From Candidatus Nitrospira inopinata (GTDB taxonomy: Bacteria; Nitrospirota; Nitrospiria; Nitrospirales; Nitrospiraceae): DNA of 32,000 bases. The stretch is from the NCBI RefSeq assembly GCF_001458695.1, contig NZ_LN885086.1, positions 180,001 through 212,000 of the forward strand, read 5' to 3'. The notes beneath the pieces were generated by a model that worked only from the letters and a program-made list of their open reading frames with translations, did not search any database and had not been told where the DNA came from. Each line of letters opens with the position of its first letter. The stretch's first letter is position 1. Shown here one piece after another: positions 23,829 through 32,000 of the stretch. Made by a program: the position numbers and the translations under genes.

Positions 23829-24317
23829 TCATCACCCTCCCACGGTAAAGACTATTCGCCGCGTTGTGATCGCGAAGTCTGATGTGAGTCGGATTTCCAC
23901 GAGATTCAAGAGAGCGGAACAAGATGGCCGTGCCTTCATCACGCTCGAACGATTCCTCGTTTCCGCCGTTGCAGCCATCGACGTGCAAGTCCAAATAACC
24001 GTTGCCAAATATTTTTTTCCTTGCTGAAGACGGCGCCAACAGTAGCAACCCCTCCTTCATTTATTAAAATAGATAAAACGGATTAGAGGTATCGGTAAAT
24101 CCAATATTCCGACAGTGCGATCGCAGAGGGCAATACGACTGTTTCCGTGAGAATCGGGTCGGCATCCGCCGCAACTCATCCAACAACTTATTGCTAACAA
24201 CTTATATTGAAATACCTCGTGGCCGTGCGGCGAAGCCCGGAACGGACAGGAAATAGCAAGGAGCGCGACGGAACAGATGAAGGTACTACCGAGAAGAACC
24301 CGGCGGCCGTGGAAGAT

Positions 24318-25190
24318 TTATCGCCCCAACGCCTTTTTGACTGCTTGGCCGATTTCGGCCGGGTTTTTGACGACCGTCACACCGGCCGATTCGAGGGCTT
24401 TCATCTTTTCGGCCGCAGTGCCTTTGCCGCCGGAGATGATCGCACCGGCATGACCCATACGGCGGCCAGGAGGCGCCGTGATCCCGGCAATGAAGCTGAT
24501 GACCGGTTTCTTGACGTGCTGTTTGATGAACTCGGCCGCCTTTTCTTCCGCGTCGCCCCCGATCTCGCCGATCATCACGATGGCCTGTGTTTCCGGATCC
24601 TTTTCGAACAACGGCAGGACATCGACAAATCCCGTCCCGTTGACCGGATCGCCCCCGATACCGACACAGGTCGTCTCGCCCAGCCCCAAGGTCGAAAGCT
24701 GATGCACGGCTTCATAGGTCAGGGTTCCGCTGCGGGAAACGACCCCGACGACCCCGCGCTTGTGGATGAAGCCGGGCATGATGCCAATCTTGGCTTCGTC
24801 CACCGTGATGACGCCGGGACAGTTCGGCCCGATCAATCGGACGTCGCGACCACGCAAGGCCCGTTTCACCTTCACCATGTCGTTGACCGGAATGCCTTCG
24901 GTGATACAGATAATGAGTTTGATGCCGGCGTCGGCGGCTTCGAGAATCGCGTCGGCGCAGAAAGGCGGCGGCACGAAGATCAGCGAGGTGTCGCATTCGG
25001 TTTTTTTCACCGCTTCGAGCACGGTGTTGAAGACGGGAATTCCCTCGACCTCCTGCCCGGCCTTGCCCGGCGTCACACCGGCGACGACTTTCGTCCCATA
25101 AGCCTTGCATTGCGTCGCGTGGAACGAGCCTTCCTTGCCCGTAATCCCCTGCACGACCACCCGCGTGTTCTTGTTGACCAGTATGCTCAC
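24318..25190 (-). CDS. sucD: Succinyl-CoA synthetase alpha subunit
   Basis: Strong resemblance to SucD throughout ([28 protein letters not shown], phosphohistidine loop [10 protein letters not shown]). The GTG start at 25190 is preceded by GGAGAG. Confidence 0.95.
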   Translation of the reverse strand: MSILVNKNTRVVVQGITGKEGSFHATQCKAYGTKVVAGVTPGKAGQEVEGIPVFNTVLEAVKKTECDTSLIFVPPPFCADAILEAADAGIKLIICITEGIPVNDMVKVKRALRGRDVRLIGPNCPGVITVDEAKIGIMPGFIHKRGVVGVVSRSGTLTYEAVHQLSTLGLGETTCVGIGGDPVNGTGFVDVLPLFEKDPETQAIVMIGEIGGDAEEKAAEFIKQHVKKPVISFIAGITAPPGRRMGHAGAIISGGKGTAAEKMKALESAGVTVVKNPAEIGQAVKKALGR

Positions 25191-25201
25191 GACGCTCTCC
25201 T

Positions 25202-26380
25202 TTACGCTGCTTTGCCGGTCAGTTTTACGATCTTCTGCGCCGCTTCCCAGAGATCATTGGCGACATCCAATTTCAAACCGGACTCGGCCAACAACTTGCG
25301 GCCTTCTTCCGCGTTCGTGCCTTGCAGCCGGACCACCAGCGGCACGGTCATCTGCACTTCCTTCGCCGCTTCGATGACGCCGTGGGCGATCCGCTCGCAG
25401 CGAACGATCCCGCCGAAAATGTTGATGAAGATGCCCTTCACATTCGGATCTTTGAGCAGAATCCGAAAACCGGCTGCCACGGTTTCTTTCGTCGCCCCGC
25501 CGCCCACGTCCAAAAAGTTCGCCGGTTCGCTGCCGGCCAGTTTGATGACGTCCATCGTGGCCATGGCCAACCCCGCGCCGTTGACCATGCAGCCGATGTT
25601 GCCGTCGAGCTTCACGTAATTCAAGTTGTTGGCCGTCGCCTCGATTTCCAACGGTTCTTCTTCGTTCAAATCCCGCATCTGCTGAACATCGGGATGTTTA
25701 AAAAGTCCGTTGTCGTCGAACGACACCTTGCCGTCCAACGCGATCAGTGTTTTCTCCTTGGTGATGATGAGGGGATTGATCTCGATCAGCGCCGCGTTCT
25801 TGTCCATGAACAGGCGATAGAGATTCTCCATCAACTTCACGAACGGATTGAGCACCGCCGGTTCAATCTGATGCAGCCCAAGAGCAAACGCAACGTTGCG
25901 TCCATTGTGCCCCTGGAAGCCGACCGCGGGATCGATCGCTTCCTTGATTATTTTTTCAGGCGTGTGGGCCGCGACTTCCTCGATCTCCATTCCCCCTTCG
26001 GTGCTGGCGATAAACGTGGGGTATCCGCTGTCCCGATCGACCAGGATCGACAAGTAGAGTTCCTTGGCGATGTTCGCCCCTTCCTCGATCAACAGACGGC
26101 GGACCACCCGTCCCTTTGGTCCCGTCTGATGGGTAACGAGGGTCTTGCCGAGCAATTCTTTGGCAAGACCGGGAACCGCGCCCTTGTCCTTCGTCAGCTT
26201 GACTCCTCCGGCTTTCCCACGCCCACCGGCGTGGATCTGCGCCTTGACGACGAAGACGGGCGTGTCGAGTTCATTCGCCCACGCCGTCGCGGCCTCAGGA
26301 GACGTGATTTCTTTTCCCTGCGGCACCGGCACGCCGAACTGGGCGAACAACGACTTGGCTTGGAATTCATGCACGTTCAT
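25202..26380 (-). CDS. sucC: Succinyl-CoA synthetase beta subunit
   Basis: Near-collinear with E. coli SucC as I recall it ([73 protein letters not shown]). Confidence 0.95.
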   Translation of the reverse strand: MNVHEFQAKSLFAQFGVPVPQGKEITSPEAATAWANELDTPVFVVKAQIHAGGRGKAGGVKLTKDKGAVPGLAKELLGKTLVTHQTGPKGRVVRRLLIEEGANIAKELYLSILVDRDSGYPTFIASTEGGMEIEEVAAHTPEKIIKEAIDPAVGFQGHNGRNVAFALGLHQIEPAVLNPFVKLMENLYRLFMDKNAALIEINPLIITKEKTLIALDGKVSFDDNGLFKHPDVQQMRDLNEEEPLEIEATANNLNYVKLDGNIGCMVNGAGLAMATMDVIKLAGSEPANFLDVGGGATKETVAAGFRILLKDPNVKGIFINIFGGIVRCERIAHGVIEAAKEVQMTVPLVVRLQGTNAEEGRKLLAESGLKLDVANDLWEAAQKIVKLTGKAA

Positions 26381-26529
26381 TCTCTACCTCACAACTCCTA
26401 CGGACGGCGGCGAAGGCGTTTCTCACTGCGCGGACTATTCCCACCCATCCCCTGAACGCACCGAGACGCGCCCTCACCCCCTGCGATCACCGCCCGATTG
26501 TTTTTACAGTCTGTTCGATCTTGCCTGCA

Positions 26530-26560
26530 CGGCGGGGGAACACAAGAAATGCCCCCGTCG
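26530..26560 (-). other. GC-rich stem-loop 10 nt downstream of the flavoprotein stop
   Basis: cggcggggg (26530-26538) pairs with cccccgtcg (26552-26560) around a 13-nt loop. One position is G.U on the plus strand and a C/A mismatch on the minus strand. No U-tract follows on the minus strand. Confidence 0.35.
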
Positions 26561-26570
26561 CCGCTCCCCC

Positions 26571-28154
26571 TCACCCGACTTTTCTGGTGTACGCCGGCAG
26601 GATCATCGGCGAGACGACACCGCTGAAGTTTCCGTGTCTCTTGGCCTCCGCCCGGAATCGCTCCAAATGTTTGAGCGTCAATTTTCCTTGCTTCATGGAA
26701 CCGGCCCTGGCGGCGGCGGTCAGCCCGGCCCGTTTCCCGAACACCATCAAATCAAGAAGCGAATTGCCCATCAATCGATTACGCCCGTGCAGTCCGCCGG
26801 AGGCCTCTCCCGCCACGAAGAGATTGTTCACTTCGGTTTCGGAATTGGTGTCGATCTTTACGCCTCCGTTTTGATAATGCAAGGTGGGATAGATGAGCAC
26901 CGGCTCTTTGCTGATGTCGATCCCGAACCGCTCGAATTGCCGAACCATGGCGGGAAAATGTTTCTCGACGGTCCCCGGCCCGTGCTCCACGTCTAGCAAC
27001 GGCGTATCCAGCCACACACCGACTCGACCGGACATCGTTCGAATCCCTCGCCCTTCTTCGCACTCTCGGATGATGGAGGATGACACGACGTCCCGCGTGT
27101 CCAATTCGTTGACGAACCGTTCGCCCCTCGCGTTGACCAGATGGCCTCCTTCGGACCGGATGCCCTCCGTCACCAACGCGCCGACCAACTGCTCCGGATA
27201 CACCGCTCCAGACGGATGATATTGGAAGGTGTCGATATGGGAGAGTTTGGCGCCGATACGGTAGCACAGACAAAGACCGTCTCCCGTCGCGCCGTAGTGA
27301 TTGCTGGTCGGAAAGCCTTGAATGTGTAGTCGTCCGATTCCACCGGTGGCCACGATCACCGACTTGGCGGCGACCACGACGTATTGTTGATTGTCCAGAT
27401 CCTTGAGAACGGCCCCGGTGCACGTTCCATCGCCGTCGCCGAGCAACTCGACCGCGGCGCAGAACTCCAGCAATTGAATCTTCCGGTTGATGACCTCGTC
27501 CTTGAGCACCCGCATGATTTCCAGGCCGGTGTAGTCCGAGCAAGTCAACAGGCGGGGCTTCGAGCTTCCGCCGCCCTTCTTCACGTGGAGATTGCCGTCC
27601 GCCTGTCGGTCGAAGAGCACGCCAAGGTCGATCAACCACTTCGCGATCGAAGGCCCTTCTTCCACCATCACCTTGAGCAGATGATGGTCGTTCTCCATGT
27701 GACCGCCCTTGAGCGTATCCAGAAAATGGGTGACCGGGGAGTCTTCCGGCGCGACGGACACCTGCATGCCGCCCTGGGCCATCACGCTGTTGGAGTCTCC
27801 CAGCCGAAGCTTCGTCGCCAAGATCACCTTGGCGCCGGCTTCATGCGCGTGCAACGCCGCCGCGCAACCGGCTCCTCCGCCGCCGATCACCAACACGTCC
27901 GTCTGATGATGGGGAATCAGGTCGACGCGATCGTCGAGCGGGCTGTCTCCCTCGAGCAACGTCGCCAGCTCGACGACCGTTTTTTCTCCTTCATTCGGAC
28001 CAAAGCGAAGGGGACGATAGGCGCTGGCCCGGTAATCGGGATGGTACTTATGAATCAGTTGATCGCGGTCGGCCGGAGACAATCGCGGGAACGTCTGTTT
28101 GCGCCTGGCATCGCGGGTTTGGTGGACGATTTGTTGCAGCGCGTGAATGTTCAT
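26571..28154 (-). CDS. Fumarate reductase/succinate dehydrogenase-like FAD flavoprotein (non-covalent-FAD type)
   Basis: FAD dinucleotide fold DVLVIGGGGAGCAAA. Catalytic region YHPSG...VTEGIRSEGGHLVN. C-terminal motif FVAGEASGGLHGRNRLMGNSLLD. The position of the SdhA/FrdA covalent-FAD histidine (RSHT.AAQGG) reads DSNSVMAQGG. There is an extra N-terminal extension of about 85 aa. Confidence 0.8.
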   Translation of the reverse strand: MNIHALQQIVHQTRDARRKQTFPRLSPADRDQLIHKYHPDYRASAYRPLRFGPNEGEKTVVELATLLEGDSPLDDRVDLIPHHQTDVLVIGGGGAGCAAALHAHEAGAKVILATKLRLGDSNSVMAQGGMQVSVAPEDSPVTHFLDTLKGGHMENDHHLLKVMVEEGPSIAKWLIDLGVLFDRQADGNLHVKKGGGSSKPRLLTCSDYTGLEIMRVLKDEVINRKIQLLEFCAAVELLGDGDGTCTGAVLKDLDNQQYVVVAAKSVIVATGGIGRLHIQGFPTSNHYGATGDGLCLCYRIGAKLSHIDTFQYHPSGAVYPEQLVGALVTEGIRSEGGHLVNARGERFVNELDTRDVVSSSIIRECEEGRGIRTMSGRVGVWLDTPLLDVEHGPGTVEKHFPAMVRQFERFGIDISKEPVLIYPTLHYQNGGVKIDTNSETEVNNLFVAGEASGGLHGRNRLMGNSLLDLMVFGKRAGLTAAARAGSMKQGKLTLKHLERFRAEAKRHGNFSGVVSPMILPAYTRKVG

Positions 28155-28231
28155 GTTTCGTGCTCGCCGACGGTCATTCGTATTTCATTATGATGAAGCC
28201 GGCCCAAACGCCCCCCGGCGACCGTCCGCTT

Positions 28232-28942
28232 CTACTTGACCTTGGCGCAGAGGTCCGTCAGTTCCTGTTCGTTCATCGAAAGGATCCTCTTCCACTCGTC
28301 GTCAAACCGGCCCTCTTTGATTTCCTTGATGCGCGTCTCCAATCCCGCCGGCTTCTCGGTGAAATGCGCGCCTTGCGCGCGGCTCACGTACAAAGCGACC
28401 AAGTTCGGGGCGATATCGGCGATGCAGACCGGCGTGCACATCCCGCACATCACGCAATCCATGAACATGTCCGAGACGCTCTGAAAATCGCCGAACACGG
28501 CTTTCCACACTCCTTCGCGCACGTCGATCTTTTGCGGACAGGCTTCGGTGCAGGCGTTGCAATTGCGACAGAGCGGAGCTTCCGGATAGAGGTTGAACAG
28601 GTCCTGTTTCGGATCTTGGAGCGTCCGAATGTCATAGACGGCTTTGCGCGCGGGAAACGGCGGCATCATCGTAAACGACATGCCGTCCTGAACCGCCGTC
28701 TGACAAGCCAGACAGGTCTTGACCTTCGGATCGTCCTTGGTCCGGTAGTACGTGGCGCAGGCCCCGCAAAACCCTCCCAAACACCCCACGCCCCTGACGA
28801 CCTCCTGGCCGACGTACCACATAGCCTTGATGACCGTAATGCCTTCCGGCACGGTGTATTGCTTGCCGGAAATCTCGATCGTGACCATCCGAGGCTTGAG
28901 CACTTCGGGTTGGTCGATCAGGTTGTCGTCATCCTGCGTCAT
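28232..28942 (-). CDS. SdhB/FrdB-like iron-sulfur subunit
   Basis: 2Fe-2S pattern Cx4Cx2Cx14C (CLGGFCGACATYYRTKDDPKVKTC), plus CRNCNACTEACP and CVMCGMCTPVC (both with a full Cx2Cx2Cx3C). No obvious SD precedes the ATG at 28942. Confidence 0.8.
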   Translation of the reverse strand: MTQDDDNLIDQPEVLKPRMVTIEISGKQYTVPEGITVIKAMWYVGQEVVRGVGCLGGFCGACATYYRTKDDPKVKTCLACQTAVQDGMSFTMMPPFPARKAVYDIRTLQDPKQDLFNLYPEAPLCRNCNACTEACPQKIDVREGVWKAVFGDFQSVSDMFMDCVMCGMCTPVCIADIAPNLVALYVSRAQGAHFTEKPAGLETRIKEIKEGRFDDEWKRILSMNEQELTDLCAKVK

Positions 28943-28970
28943 AATTCACGCGAGTCGGAGGAAAGGAAAG

Positions 28971-28994
28971 GCGTGAGGGGACCGTCCCTCACGC
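28971..28994 (-). terminator. Terminator/attenuator-like hairpin downstream of icd
   Basis: Perfect 9-bp GC-rich stem (gcgtgaggg / ccctcacgc) with a 6-nt loop, 18 nt after the icd stop. On the minus strand it is followed by the pyrimidine/U-rich run CUUUCCUUUCCUCC. Confidence 0.45.
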
Positions 28995-29012
28995 TCTCAT
29001 CCGTCAAGGCGA

Positions 29013-32000
<2,988 letters not shown>

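Noticed and set aside
23659-24060. 133-aa minus-strand ORF upstream of and overlapping the OMP gene.
   Set aside because: It overlaps the well-supported OMP CDS (strong RBS, signal peptide) by 170 nt in another frame. It has no RBS or recognisable features.
24318-26380. Possibility that the sucCD-like pair is citryl-CoA synthetase (CcsAB) of an rTCA organism rather than succinyl-CoA synthetase.
   Set aside because: The sizes (392 and 290 aa) and near-collinear similarity to E. coli SucC/SucD motifs fit genuine SCS. CCS cannot be fully excluded without a phylogeny.

Overview
High-GC (about 60% by eye) Gram-negative bacterial chromosomal segment. It is densely coding and mostly on the minus strand. 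I see three blocks. (i) 0.47-11.1 kb holds a tightly translationally coupled 12-gene operon whose content matches an aryl-polyene (APE)-like type II PKS and lipid-export cluster: methyltransferase, ACP, AMP-ligase, hotdog protein, LPLAT acyltransferase, LolA-like protein, MMPL exporter, KS, KS-like CLF, hotdog dehydratase, ketoreductase and GT2. (ii) 11.2-23.8 kb is an envelope/accessory block. It contains a DUF4105-like/DUF3015-like pair, an M48 metalloprotease plus an AIM24-family protein, and a 1331-aa protein (TPR, roughly 650-aa acidic disordered region, one TM helix, periplasmic domain). These are followed by a low-coding-density divergent region, an orphan short secretin with a PilZ protein, and a beta-barrel OMP. 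(iii) 24.3-32.0 kb is a TCA/rTCA cluster: mitochondrial-type aconitase (partial), monomeric isocitrate dehydrogenase, a non-canonical two-subunit fumarate reductase/succinate dehydrogenase-like enzyme, and sucCD. I found no rRNA, tRNA, CRISPR array, transposase or integrase. The best candidate for something undescribed is the giant TPR/acidic/TM protein, whose C-terminus resembles a pseudopilin, together with the neighbouring minimal secretin + PilZ pair. All functional calls come from motif and family recognition by eye, with no database search. The ORF track counts stop codons and alternative start codons, and I refined starts where RBS or overlap evidence allowed.
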